DNA from: Candidatus Eiseniibacteriota bacterium
GTDB lineage: Bacteria; Eisenbacteria; RBG-16-71-46
DNA length: 23,518 bases
Direction of reading: 5' to 3'
Assembly: GCA_031366795.1 (NCBI GenBank)
Contig: JANLOX010000451.1
Coordinates: 1 to 23,518 of the forward strand
Part shown: one piece after another, positions 14,623 through 23,518 of the stretch
Layout: each line of letters opens with the position of its first letter
How positions within the stretch are numbered: position 1 is the stretch's first letter
Made by a program: the position numbers and the translations under genes
Notes under the pieces: model-generated
Seen by the model: the letters and a program-made list of their open reading frames with translations, nothing else
Database searches by the model: none
What the model was told of the DNA's origin: nothing

Positions 14623-17600
14623 TGGATTCCGCCGAGACTCCCCGTGCGCGTGCCGCGCTCGAGGTAGAGCTCGCGTTGGTCCTTTACCGAGATGCGGAAG
14701 TAGTACTCGGCCTCACCGCCAGGCGCGAAGGTACGGCTGAAGGTGCCGACCCAGCAGTGCAGGTCGCGCGACACCGAGAAGTACTGGATGCCCGAAAGCT
14801 TCCGCGTCACGTCGTATGATGTCGAGTAGTTGAAGCTCCACGCCGGCGTGACGCGCATGCGCAGCACGAGGTTCGCGTTCTGGTTGCTCGCCCAGTTGCT
14901 CATCAGGGATGAGATCGATCCGCCCGGGTAGCCGCCCGAATACGAGTAGCTCAATCCCAGGTTCCAGGCATCCTGGAGGTCAGTGACTTCGTCGGTCGAG
15001 TAAACGGACCCGCCATGATCGGTGGGCAGGTCAGGCGTCGCCCGCGCCTTGCGGCCGCGGCTCACCAGCGAGACGCCGGTGTTGTAGGACAGCGCGCGCA
15101 GCGGCCGCCCTTCGTAGGGGTCGATCGTGGCAGAAGCACTGCCATTGACGACGCCCGGCGGCTGCAGGAACAGGCTGGCGCCGAGCGGCGAGATCGGATG
15201 GCGCGAGCCTGCTTCGCGGTAAAGGAAGTTGTAGGATCCACCCAGCGAGAGCGAGGCGAAGTTCTCGAGCTTCCGCGCCTTGTCGCCCTGCCCCACCTTG
15301 AGCTGCAGGCGCTGGTCGAGCCCGAAGTCCAGCCGCTCGCGGCGGAATCCCGACACCGCAATGGTACCGAAATTGTTATAGCGCGAGCGTTTGACGCCCC
15401 GCGCATCGGTATAGAACAGGTTGTTGAATTCCGGGCTGTAGGTGAAGGAGACGCGCGGCGTCACCACGTGGCGAATCCCCGTCACCGGTCCGATCTTGCG
15501 CAGGTACGTTCCGTAGAGCGAAGCGCTCGAGGCGACGGTCGCCGACCAAGTGCCGGTCGGCACGACCTTGTGTCCCAACTCATCGAAGTCGAACACCACC
15601 GCATCGCCCGAGAGCCCGGGCTGCATGTTAATCCAGCCGAACAACCGGCGGGAATCTGTCAGCGAGGCGCTCGTGCCGAATCCACGCCGCGTGGTGATGC
15701 GCTGGTCGATGTTGGTGACCGAGTCGATGCCACCCGAGTCGTTCGTGAAGTAGCTGTAGTTGGCGACATAGGCTCGACGTTCGCGGAAGGCGAGGAAGCG
15801 CGAGTTGAGCGACAGGTAGAGCGATTGCAGACTCTTGGCGAGCGGGCGATTGCGCAGTCCCGGCAGGCTGCCGATCGAACGCGTGGGAAACGACACCGAA
15901 ATCGCCGGGAGGTTCTCGGTCAAGTTCGGCAGTGATGCCAGCGTGCCCGGCGGCGGCCCCTGCAGCGGACCAAAATCGTCGGGATCGTGGATGGAATTGT
16001 CGGCGTCGAGATCCTGGCGGCGGTCGGCGACGAGGTTGAAGCTCGCCCAGTCCGCCGAGTGGCTGATCGCGATATTCGAGGTGAGGAAGCGGTTGAGCCG
16101 CTGCGCAATCGAGCGGCCGTACAGGTTGCTCGAGTTGTAGTCGCGGCTCGAGACGAACGAGGCGCGCGCCGACAGCCGCGTGCGCGGCGACAATTCCTGC
16201 TCGTGGCTGGCGTCGAGATCCCAGTTCGAGGTATTGAGCGCCTTGTCGCGCGCATAGCTGGTGCGGAACGAACCATCGACCAGGTACTGCAGCTTGTAGT
16301 AGCCCTCGCCGCGAAGCACGTAGGACGGCTGCGCCTGGTAGTAGTCACCCGAGCCCGTGAAATCGAAGTAGTCGTTGGGCGCCCAGTAGTAGCCGGCATT
16401 GCGGAAGAAGCGGCCGGCGGCGTTGTTGAAGCCGGCCTCGAACTGCGGCAACAGGAACCCCGAGTGGCGGCCCGGCTTGATGGGGAAGATCCAGAACGGC
16501 AACGCCAGCAGCGGCACGTTCTTCAGGTAGAACACCACCGGCCGCGCCACCATCTTGTTCTTCAGGTAAATCTTCATGTAGCGCGAGGCGAAGTGGTAGT
16601 GCGGGTTCTCCAGCGAGCAAGTGCTGTAGCTGCCGCCCAGCACTTGCAACTCGTTGTCGCTCACCTTGCGGATCCGCTCACCGTGGTAGAGCCCCTTCTC
16701 GTAGCTCGTCTCGGCCTTGTAGATGTTGCCGACGCGCGACTCGAGATCGTAGGTCATCAGCTGGCCGACCACTTTGTCGCCGCGATCGATCAGCTCGGGC
16801 GAACCTTCCGCGACCAGCGTCTGCTTCCCACTGTCAAACTGCACGCGGCGCGCCCTCAAGTCGAGATCGTTGTAGGTCAAGTGCGCGTCGTGATCGAGCT
16901 CGATGCGGCTCTTCGGCAACACATAGCGGATCGTCGAGGCGTCGTAGCTGATGGCCTCCTTGCTGGCGCTCGCGGTATCGGCCAGGGCCACGCCGGGCCG
17001 GTAGCGGCCGTGGGCCTTGCCGACGATCACGGCCTCATCGATCTTGCGATCCTTCATGTAGATGCGGATCGTGTCGCCCTCGGCAACGTTGCGCTCGGGC
17101 GTCTTGCCCTTCACCGGCGCCGCCACGTACTCATTGCGCGCCTCGCCCGTCGCGATCAGGCTGTCGATGTCCTGCTTCGTGAAGTACACGTCGAGCAGCC
17201 GCCCCGTCAGGCTGGTCGTCTCGCCCTTGGAGCCTGGGCCGGTGCCGGTGTAGTCGAGGCGGGACTTGCCGCGCACCAGCAGCCGTTCGATCACCTGATC
17301 GTGCGTGCGGAACTCCAGCGTGTCGCCCACCAGGTGGGTCTCGTTGTCCCAGGCGCGTGGATGCCCAAGCAGCCAGCCGCGCTCGTTCTTGTCATCGAAC
17401 AAACCGTAGTCGCCGGTCGCCTGCAGCGAGTCACGCACGACGCGCACGGAATCGAGCGCCTCGGCGACGTGCGACTGCGAATTCAGGCGCAGCAGCCGCG
17501 AGGTGATCCGCGTCTTGTGCCCGTCCTCACCCAGCTCTTCCAGTGCGGGCGCGCCGCGGGCCTCGGCCTCGTTGGTGTTGTGATTGAAGTCGACCTCGGC

Positions 17601-18191
17601 GGCCGTCATAGTCACTTTGTTTTCATCATCGATCCCGCGCACATTGCCGCGGGCGTGGACGATCATTGAGTCGCGGTAGTAGGTGGCACGATCGCTGAGC
17701 ATGTGCTGCTGCTTGCCGTAGTCCGCCCTGACGCGGCCGAACAAGTCGGCGCGCCCGGCCACGCGGTCATAGGTCGCCGTCGGAGCCGACAGCGTGATGC
17801 TCTTGTCCTGGGCGCGCACGTTGCCCGACAGTTGAACGACGTCGTCCTTTTCGGAATACGACGCGTTGTCGCAGGTGATCACGGTGGTGCTGTCGACGAT
17901 GCGAACGCGTTGCTGCAGGTACAGCATTCCGGCGGTGCGGTCGTAGGTGCCGTCCTGCGAGGTGATGACCGTGGCGCCACGGACGATGCGCACGTTGCCG
18001 TTGAGCACGACCACGTCGCCCTCGGGACCATGCGAGCCGCTCATCTTGTCGGCGGACAGGTGGAGTGGGGGGCCTTCGGGCTGGGGCTGGGATGCGACCA
18101 CCGCCGGCGCTTGGGCGCGGGCCGGACCAACCGCCACCGCGAGCGCAAGCCCCAGAAACACCAGCATGCGGCGAATGGCGGCGGCGCGCAT
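14619..18191 (-). CDS. lptD: LPS-assembly protein LptD with a long N-terminal OstA/LptA-like beta-jellyroll extension (about 1190 aa)
   Basis: Signal peptide ([21 protein letters not shown]), repeated LxGNV/DSxxIT/YY jellyroll-type motifs, then [43 protein letters not shown] and C-terminal RDLHCW. The start is probably ATG 18191 (TGATG overlap with folC) or 18200, not 18338. Confidence 0.82.
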   Translation of the reverse strand: MRAAAIRRMLVFLGLALAVAVGPARAQAPAVVASQPQPEGPPLHLSADKMSGSHGPEGDVVVLNGNVRIVRGATVITSQDGTYDRTAGMLYLQQRVRIVDSTTVITCDNASYSEKDDVVQLSGNVRAQDKSITLSAPTATYDRVAGRADLFGRVRADYGKQQHMLSDRATYYRDSMIVHARGNVRGIDDENKVTMTAAEVDFNHNTNEAEARGAPALEELGEDGHKTRITSRLLRLNSQSHVAEALDSVRVVRDSLQATGDYGLFDDKNERGWLLGHPRAWDNETHLVGDTLEFRTHDQVIERLLVRGKSRLDYTGTGPGSKGETTSLTGRLLDVYFTKQDIDSLIATGEARNEYVAAPVKGKTPERNVAEGDTIRIYMKDRKIDEAVIVGKAHGRYRPGVALADTASASKEAISYDASTIRYVLPKSRIELDHDAHLTYNDLDLRARRVQFDSGKQTLVAEGSPELIDRGDKVVGQLMTYDLESRVGNIYKAETSYEKGLYHGERIRKVSDNELQVLGGSYSTCSLENPHYHFASRYMKIYLKNKMVARPVVFYLKNVPLLALPFWIFPIKPGRHSGFLLPQFEAGFNNAAGRFFRNAGYYWAPNDYFDFTGSGDYYQAQPSYVLRGEGYYKLQYLVDGSFRTSYARDKALNTSNWDLDASHEQELSPRTRLSARASFVSSRDYNSSNLYGRSIAQRLNRFLTSNIAISHSADWASFNLVADRRQDLDADNSIHDPDDFGPLQGPPPGTLASLPNLTENLPAISVSFPTRSIGSLPGLRNRPLAKSLQSLYLSLNSRFLAFRERRAYVANYSYFTNDSGGIDSVTNIDQRITTRRGFGTSASLTDSRRLFGWINMQPGLSGDAVVFDFDELGHKVVPTGTWSATVASSASLYGTYLRKIGPVTGIRHVVTPRVSFTYSPEFNNLFYTDARGVKRSRYNNFGTIAVSGFRRERLDFGLDQRLQLKVGQGDKARKLENFASLSLGGSYNFLYREAGSRHPISPLGASLFLQPPGVVNGSASATIDPYEGRPLRALSYNTGVSLVSRGRKARATPDLPTDHGGSVYSTDEVTDLQDAWNLGLSYSYSGGYPGGSISSLMSNWASNQNANLVLRMRVTPAWSFNYSTSYDVTRKLSGIQYFSVSRDLHCWVGTFSRTFAPGGEAEYYFRISVKDQRELYLERGTRTGSLGGIQ

Positions 18192-19525
18192 CACGAGCAT
18201 GCCTCGGGCGCCCCGCCGAAGCGCTGCATCGCCTCGCCCACCGCGAACAACGAGCCCACGAGCAACACGCGGCCGCGTGTCTGCGCCAGCGCATCGGCGA
18301 TCGCCTCGCCGACATCGTCGCGCAACTGCGGCTGCCAACCGGCCGCGACGGCGTGCGCACCCAACTGCTTCGCCGGCATTGAACGCTCATTGCGCGTGCG
18401 CGTGGCGAACAACATTGCGTTGGGCGCGAACGCGTAGAGGCGCTCGAGCATTTCGGCGACCGGCTTGTCGCGCGAGGCGGCGAACACGATCGCTCCAGGG
18501 GGAGGCAGCGCCAGGTCGTTGGGCCACGCCGTGACCAGGCGATCCAGCCCATCGAGATTGTGGGCGCCGTCCCACCACAAACGCGGTTCGCGCGGGCAGG
18601 GCTCGAGCCGGCCGGGCCAGCGCGCGGCGGCGAAACCATCGCGCACCGCGCTCGCCGGGAGCGCGAGCCCCCGCTCGGCCAGCACCGATAGGATCGCCAG
18701 CGCCACGCGCGCGTTGTCGACTTGATGGACGCCACGCAGCGCAATCGACAGCTTCAGGCCTTTCCACGGCGTGCACTCGGCGTCGAAGCGTGCCCCGTCG
18801 GCATCGAGGCGCGCGTTCGAGATATCCACCCGCTTGAGCGCCTCGAAGTACACCGGCGTGCGCTCGCCGGGTTGCTCCCCGAGCAGGACAGGATTTCGTG
18901 AGCGGGCGATCTCGAGCACCGTGCTCGCCGCTGCTTCGGGCAGCGCGCCGACCACTACCGGCACGCGCGGCTTGATGATACCCGCCTTCTCGCGCGCCAC
19001 ATCGGCAAGCGTGGGCCCCAGCATCTCCATGTGATCGAGCCCTACTGAAGTGATCGCGCACACTTCTGGCGTCAGCACGTTGGTGGCGTCGAGCCTGCCG
19101 CCCAAGCCCACTTCGACGACCGCCCATTCGACGCCGTGACGCGCGAAGGCGTCGAACGCCAGCGCGGTGGTGACTTCGAAGAACGTGCGCCCGCGCGCCG
19201 CTTCGAGAGCCTGGATCGCCGCGAGGCGCTGCTCCAACTCGCCCGACTCCGGCCACTGGCCAACGATGCGGATGCGCTCGCGGTAGTCGACGAGGTGTGG
19301 CGAAGTCGTGAGCCCAGTGCGCAGTCCGGCGGCGCGCAGCACGCGCTCCACCAGCGTGCACACGGACCCCTTGCCGTTGGTCCCGGCGACATGCACGGAA
19401 CGGAAACGCCGGTGCGGATCGCCCAGCTCCGCGAGCAATCGCGCGGTGTCCTCGACGCGAAAGTCGCTACGACGGCGTTCGAGCCCGTAGAGGGTCTCGA
19501 TGGCGTTCTGCAGCCCTGAACTCAC
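18191..19525 (-). CDS. folC: Folylpolyglutamate synthase / dihydrofolate synthase
   Basis: GTNGKGS, SPHL, EVGLGGRLDATN, KAGIIK, WPGRLE and DGAHN. Follows accD, a common gene order. Confidence 0.95.
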   Translation of the reverse strand: MSSGLQNAIETLYGLERRRSDFRVEDTARLLAELGDPHRRFRSVHVAGTNGKGSVCTLVERVLRAAGLRTGLTTSPHLVDYRERIRIVGQWPESGELEQRLAAIQALEAARGRTFFEVTTALAFDAFARHGVEWAVVEVGLGGRLDATNVLTPEVCAITSVGLDHMEMLGPTLADVAREKAGIIKPRVPVVVGALPEAAASTVLEIARSRNPVLLGEQPGERTPVYFEALKRVDISNARLDADGARFDAECTPWKGLKLSIALRGVHQVDNARVALAILSVLAERGLALPASAVRDGFAAARWPGRLEPCPREPRLWWDGAHNLDGLDRLVTAWPNDLALPPPGAIVFAASRDKPVAEMLERLYAFAPNAMLFATRTRNERSMPAKQLGAHAVAAGWQPQLRDDVGEAIADALAQTRGRVLLVGSLFAVGEAMQRFGGAPEACS

Positions 19526-20469
19526 CGGGTCGGGCGGCCGGGCCCAGGGGACGCAGCATCATTCGCGCGCGGAACTTCTGCGTGCGGCGAGACTCCGTTC
19601 GCGGGCGCAAAGCCGTCCGTCGAGCGCCAGAAGAATTCCAGCAACTGCCCCACCTCGGTGCGCATCTGCTTGCGGTGGACGATGCGGTCGACGAAGCCCT
19701 TCTCCAGCACGAACTCCGCGCGCTGGAAGCCCGGCGGCAGGTCCTCGCCGATCGTCTGCCGGATCACGCGGGCGCCGGCGAACCCGACCAGTGCGCCAGG
19801 TTCGGCCACGATCACGTCGCCCAACGAAGCGTAGGACGCCAGCACGCCGGCGGTCGAGGGGTCGGTGAGGATCGAGATGAACGGCAGCTGCGCGTCCTGC
19901 AAGCGCGCGAGCAAAGCAGAGGTCTTGGCCATCTGCATGAGCGACAGGATGCCTTCCTGCATGCGCGCGCCACCGGTCGCCGAGACGACGATCACGGCGC
20001 GGCGCTCCTCGATGCCGCGCTCGATCGTGCGCGCCACCTTCTCACCGACGACCGAGCCCATGCTGCCGCCCATGAAGAAGAAGTCCATGATCGTCAGGCT
20101 GACGGGCTTGCCCTCGACCGTGGCGATGCCCGACAACGCGGCGTCCTTCATGCCGGTGTCGCGCTGCGCCGCCTTCAAGCGGTCGGGGTAGCGCATCTTG
20201 GCGTCGCGGAATTCCAGCGGGTCGCCCGCCTCGAGCCCGGCGTCGCGCTCCTCGAACGAATCGGGATCGCTCAGGTAGCCGAGGTAGGTCAGCGCCGGAA
20301 CACGGAAGTGGTAGCTGCAGTTCGGGCAGGTCCACAGGTTCGTTTCGAGCACCGACTGGAACAACGCCTCGCCACAACCTTCGCACTTGGTCCACAACCC
20401 CTCGGGAATCTCGGGGCGGGACTCGCGGTCCGTCTTGATGCCGGCTCGTTCGCGCTTCAACCAAGACAT
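19522..20469 (-). CDS. accD: Acetyl-CoA carboxylase carboxyltransferase beta subunit
   Basis: PEGLWTKCEGC...CPNC zinc ribbon, FMGGSMGSVVGEK, GGARMQEG and FQRAEF. Confidence 0.97.
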   Translation of the reverse strand: MSWLKRERAGIKTDRESRPEIPEGLWTKCEGCGEALFQSVLETNLWTCPNCSYHFRVPALTYLGYLSDPDSFEERDAGLEAGDPLEFRDAKMRYPDRLKAAQRDTGMKDAALSGIATVEGKPVSLTIMDFFFMGGSMGSVVGEKVARTIERGIEERRAVIVVSATGGARMQEGILSLMQMAKTSALLARLQDAQLPFISILTDPSTAGVLASYASLGDVIVAEPGALVGFAGARVIRQTIGEDLPPGFQRAEFVLEKGFVDRIVHRKQMRTEVGQLLEFFWRSTDGFAPANGVSPHAEVPRANDAASPGPGRPTR

Positions 20470-20484
20470 GATGAGTTCGCTCTC

Positions 20485-21666
20485 CTAGACGGACAGGCCC
20501 GGGCACCACTCCATCACCAGGGCGTCTTCTCCCGTGTCACGATAATACCGCCGGCGCAACCCGGCCAGCCGGAAGCCGTGGCGCCGGTAGAGCCATTGTG
20601 CGGCGAAGTTCGAAACCCGCACCTCCAAAGTCAGCGATTCGACGCCCAGCCGCAGGGCCTCGCCCGTCAGGTCATCGAGCAGGATGCTGGCGACGCCGTG
20701 GCGGCGGGCGCCTGCGGCCACGGCCAAATTGCCGAGATGACCCGTGCCGACACCCAGCCAGGCAACACTGTACCCGGCGAGCGCCCCGCCCCGCTCGGCG
20801 ACCCGCGCGTAGGCCATGGCGGCGGTGATCTCCGCAGCGAAGAACTTGGGCGGCCAGGGATCGGGGAAGGTCACGAGTTCGATTTCGGTCACGGCCGGGA
20901 TGTCCTCGAGTGCAAAGGGCCGCACCGTGACGGGCACCAACCCCGAGACGCGATGCCGCACACGCGCCTCGGCCTGCGCGGGCCGAATGTAGAGCGGCTC
21001 GAGCGGTTGGCCCGCGCGCGGCAATCCCGCCGAGGGCCCAAGCAGCGAACGCGACGCCTCGCCGAGATCGATCGCCGAGAGTCCGGCCTCGCGCACACGC
21101 GGCTGCGTGCTGCCGGGGAACGCGGCCTCGAGTAATTCAGGCGCGCGCGTGAGCGCGGGGCCGACGAACAACAACTTCACCTTGGGCACGAGCGCCATGA
21201 CTTCACGCGTGCGCTCGATCATGAGATCCAACGTGCCGACCTCGGGTGCCGCGACGACGCTGACCTTGCCGCGCAGGTCAGTGCGGAACCAACCGGCATA
21301 TACATCGCGCCTGCCCGCGGGCACCAGCGGCACGATCAGCGTGCGGCGCGCGTGCGCTCCCACCGCGAGCGAAGCCAGCGACGATGCGCCGATACAGCGC
21401 GCTCCCCCCACCAGCGCCAAGGCGCGCGCGGTCGCGAGGCCGACGCGCACACCGGTGAACGAGCCGGGGCCCAAGTCCACGGCGATCCACTCCAATTGCG
21501 TGGGTGCGAGGCCAGCTTGCGCGAGCGCCTGGCCCGCCATCGCTGCGAGGCGCTGCGTGTGGCCTTGACCCACCGCTTCGACGACATGCGCCAACGGGGC
21601 GCCTGCGCCATCGCACACCAGCACCTCGACGTGATCGGTAGCGGCTTCGAGGACGAGTCCACTCAT
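20485..21666 (-). CDS. tsaB: Fusion of TsaB (t6A biosynthesis) and a RimI-like GNAT N-acetyltransferase
   Basis: N-terminal half: GPGSFTGVRVG and LEPLYIR. C-terminal half (about 20485-20930): FPDPW, NLAV..ARRHGVA, LEVRVSNFAAQWLY, RRRYY and EDALVM. No stop between them. Confidence 0.9.
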   Translation of the reverse strand: MSGLVLEAATDHVEVLVCDGAGAPLAHVVEAVGQGHTQRLAAMAGQALAQAGLAPTQLEWIAVDLGPGSFTGVRVGLATARALALVGGARCIGASSLASLAVGAHARRTLIVPLVPAGRRDVYAGWFRTDLRGKVSVVAAPEVGTLDLMIERTREVMALVPKVKLLFVGPALTRAPELLEAAFPGSTQPRVREAGLSAIDLGEASRSLLGPSAGLPRAGQPLEPLYIRPAQAEARVRHRVSGLVPVTVRPFALEDIPAVTEIELVTFPDPWPPKFFAAEITAAMAYARVAERGGALAGYSVAWLGVGTGHLGNLAVAAGARRHGVASILLDDLTGEALRLGVESLTLEVRVSNFAAQWLYRRHGFRLAGLRRRYYRDTGEDALVMEWCPGLSV

Positions 21667-22163
21667 GTGCCTTGTCCCACACTGATGCGCTGCCAGCGTT
21701 CGAGCAATTCGAGGCCGCGCGGTCCTTGTCCGCTCGCCGTGATACTGCGTTCGGTATCACTCACCAGCGCGAAATCCAACTCGAGCGCCTCGACACGATC
21801 GGCCATGGGCAACCGCTCCCCCCACTCGACCACGACCACGCCGCGATCGAGCATCTCGTCGAGCCCCAGCCCCGTGGAGTCCACGGATTCGAGGCGGTAG
21901 AGATCGAGGTGGTAGAGCCTGAGCCGCTCGCCAGCGTATTCGTTGACGAGCGTGAACGAGGGGCTGCGCACGCGGCCACGGCTGCCGAGCGCGCGGGCAA
22001 GCCCCGCGACGAAGCGCGTCTTGCCCGCGCCCAGGGGCCCCGACAGCAGCACGAGGTCGCCCTCACGCAAGGCGGGCGCGAGTGCAGCGCCCAACGCTTC
22101 GGTCTGCTCCGGGGCATTGGAATGCCGCTGCTCGGCTGAATCCTGTTCGCCCACGACCCTCAC
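21663..22163 (-). CDS. tsaE: tRNA threonylcarbamoyladenosine biosynthesis ATPase TsaE
   Basis: GPLGAGKT Walker A, VRSPSFTLVNEY, HLDLYRL and VEWG. Confidence 0.96.
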   Translation of the reverse strand: MRVVGEQDSAEQRHSNAPEQTEALGAALAPALREGDLVLLSGPLGAGKTRFVAGLARALGSRGRVRSPSFTLVNEYAGERLRLYHLDLYRLESVDSTGLGLDEMLDRGVVVVEWGERLPMADRVEALELDFALVSDTERSITASGQGPRGLELLERWQRISVGQGT

Positions 22164-23518
22164 CCGCGGCGCGGAGTCAGCGTCAGCAGCGGCAGCACCA
22201 TCTCCTCAAGGGAGATGCCGCCGTGCTGGAACGAACCGCGGAAGTGGCGCTCGAATTCATGGAAGCGCGTGGGATAGACGAAGTAGAAGTCCTCGCGCGC
22301 CAGCAGGTAGTTCTTGTTCACGCCATCATCCGGCAGCATGAAGTCCATCGGCTTGCGCAGGATTACGGCTTGCTTGGAATCGGTGTTCAAGTTGAGTCCG
22401 TACTTGTAGCGGAGGTTCGTGGACGTCTCGCGGTCGCCATAGACGAGTGCCGCGCGGCGGCCGAGCACGGCGCCGTGGTCCGAGGTCAATACCACCGTGC
22501 AGTTCTGCTGCGCGAAGGCGCGCAGGATGTCGAACAGCGGGCTGTGCGTGAACCACGCCTTCATCACGGCGCGGAACGCCGCCTCGTTCGGCGCCAGGTC
22601 CTGCAGGATCTCGCTCTCGGAGCGGCCGTGCGCGACGATGTCGATGAAGTTGAACACCATCGAGACCAACTGCACGTCGCCGAACGATCCCATCTGGCGG
22701 CGCACCTGCTGCGCTTCCTCGGCGGTGTGGATCTTCGAGTACTTGATGCTGCGGTCCGTGCCCACGCCCAACCGCTTGAGCTGGAATTCCAGCAGCTGCC
22801 GCTCGTAGCGGTTCTTGGTGCGCTCGTTCGGGCCGCCCTCCTGCCACAGGTCAGGGTGCTGCTTCCAGATCTCCGCCGGCAACAGCCCCGCGAAGATGGC
22901 GTTGCGTGAGTACGGCGTCGCGGTGGGCAGCACCGAGCAGTAGTAGTTGCGGTCGATGTTGAAGAATTCCTCGAGCAAGGGTTCCAGCGCGAACCACTGG
23001 TCGAGCCGCATGCAATCGATGATGACGAGTGCGACGCGCTTGCCGTCCTTCATGTGCGGCACCACCGCGTGCTTCACCACGTCGGAGGACAGCAGCGGGC
23101 GGCCTTCGCCGTTGCGGACCCAGGCGGGATAGTGCTGCTCGACGAAGTGGCCGAACTCGACGTTGAGTCCGCGACGGAAATCCGCGTGCGCCTGCTCGAG
23201 CCCGTCCTCGGGAGCCGCATCGAAGCGCACGTCCCAGCGCGCCAACTCGACGGCCAGCTGGATCCACTCAGCGGGCGAGAGGCGCTTCATGTCCATCTGC
23301 TGCCAGCGCTGCATATCGGCGACGTAGTCGCGGTGCAGCTGCGAGCCCTGCAGCTTGGGCGAATCGAGCACACGCTTGCAGGCGAGGAACACCTGCGAAG
23401 GATTGACGGGCTTGATCTGGTAGTCCTTGATGTGGCGGCCGATCGCCTCGTTCATCAGCGACTCTTCCTCGTTATTGGTGACGAGGATCACCGGCACGGG
23501 CAGGTCTCGCGACTTGAT
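22160..23518 (-). CDS. PorX-like response regulator with PglZ/alkaline-phosphatase-superfamily domain (5' truncated)
   Basis: The frame is open to the window edge (IKSRDLPVPVILVTNNEEE...DYQIKPVNP, the end of a receiver domain). PglZ motifs IDCMR, LPTATPYSRN, DIVAH, TSDHG and FQHGGISLEEM. Directly upstream of tsaE. Confidence 0.88.
   Translation of the reverse strand: MKSRDLPVPVILVTNNEEESLMNEAIGRHIKDYQIKPVNPSQVFLACKRVLDSPKLQGSQLHRDYVADMQRWQQMDMKRLSPAEWIQLAVELARWDVRFDAAPEDGLEQAHADFRRGLNVEFGHFVEQHYPAWVRNGEGRPLLSSDVVKHAVVPHMKDGKRVALVIIDCMRLDQWFALEPLLEEFFNIDRNYYCSVLPTATPYSRNAIFAGLLPAEIWKQHPDLWQEGGPNERTKNRYERQLLEFQLKRLGVGTDRSIKYSKIHTAEEAQQVRRQMGSFGDVQLVSMVFNFIDIVAHGRSESEILQDLAPNEAAFRAVMKAWFTHSPLFDILRAFAQQNCTVVLTSDHGAVLGRRAALVYGDRETSTNLRYKYGLNLNTDSKQAVILRKPMDFMLPDDGVNKNYLLAREDFYFVYPTRFHEFERHFRGSFQHGGISLEEMVLPLLTLTPRRG

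Noticed and set aside
58..22909. Long plus-strand ORFs (58-1287, 5760-7115, 9600-11369, 12509-13978, 15987-17669, 19582-21135, 22082-22909 and similar)
   Set aside because: These are antisense shadows of well-supported minus-strand genes in high-GC DNA, with no recognisable motifs.
22160..23518. PglZ domain as a BREX phage-defence system
   Set aside because: It is fused to a receiver domain and flanked by tsaE, with no brx or pglX genes in the window.
1..23518. CRISPR arrays, tRNA/rRNA genes (including tRNA-Sec), transposases or integrases
   Set aside because: None seen by eye. The repeated sequences at 8-11 kb are explained by the paralogous genes.

Overview
High-GC bacterial window. The lptD and multiheme cytochrome genes imply a diderm, and the porX-like/tsaE neighbourhood and lptD style suggest an FCB-related lineage such as Ca. 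Eisenbacteria (inference only). Almost all genes are on the minus strand. Right to left: a tightly coupled housekeeping string (truncated PorX-like receiver/PglZ protein, tsaE, a tsaB-rimI fusion, accD, folC, an oversized OstA/LptA-LptD protein, a CopA-type Cu ATPase); a plus-strand TPR-zincin whose HExxH motif is degenerate; a three-gene operon of exported UshA/5'-nucleotidase-fold paralogs; cbs plus cystathionine gamma-lyase/synthase; a small lipoprotein; a putative ECF-controlled envelope module (DUF4097, bactofilin-like membrane protein, DedA/VTT); and the 3' end of a gene with a RuvA-C-like tail followed by palindromes. The highlight is the paralog operon (7296-11219). All three proteins have lost the metallophosphoesterase metal ligands and carry a C-G-C-H motif, and two carry a C-terminal tetraheme c domain. 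In the third copy the second Cys codon is an in-frame TGA (8589-8591) followed by a SECIS-like hairpin. The ORF track splits this copy in two, but it is most likely a 496-aa exported CxU selenoprotein-tetraheme cytochrome encoded beside its own Cys paralogs.
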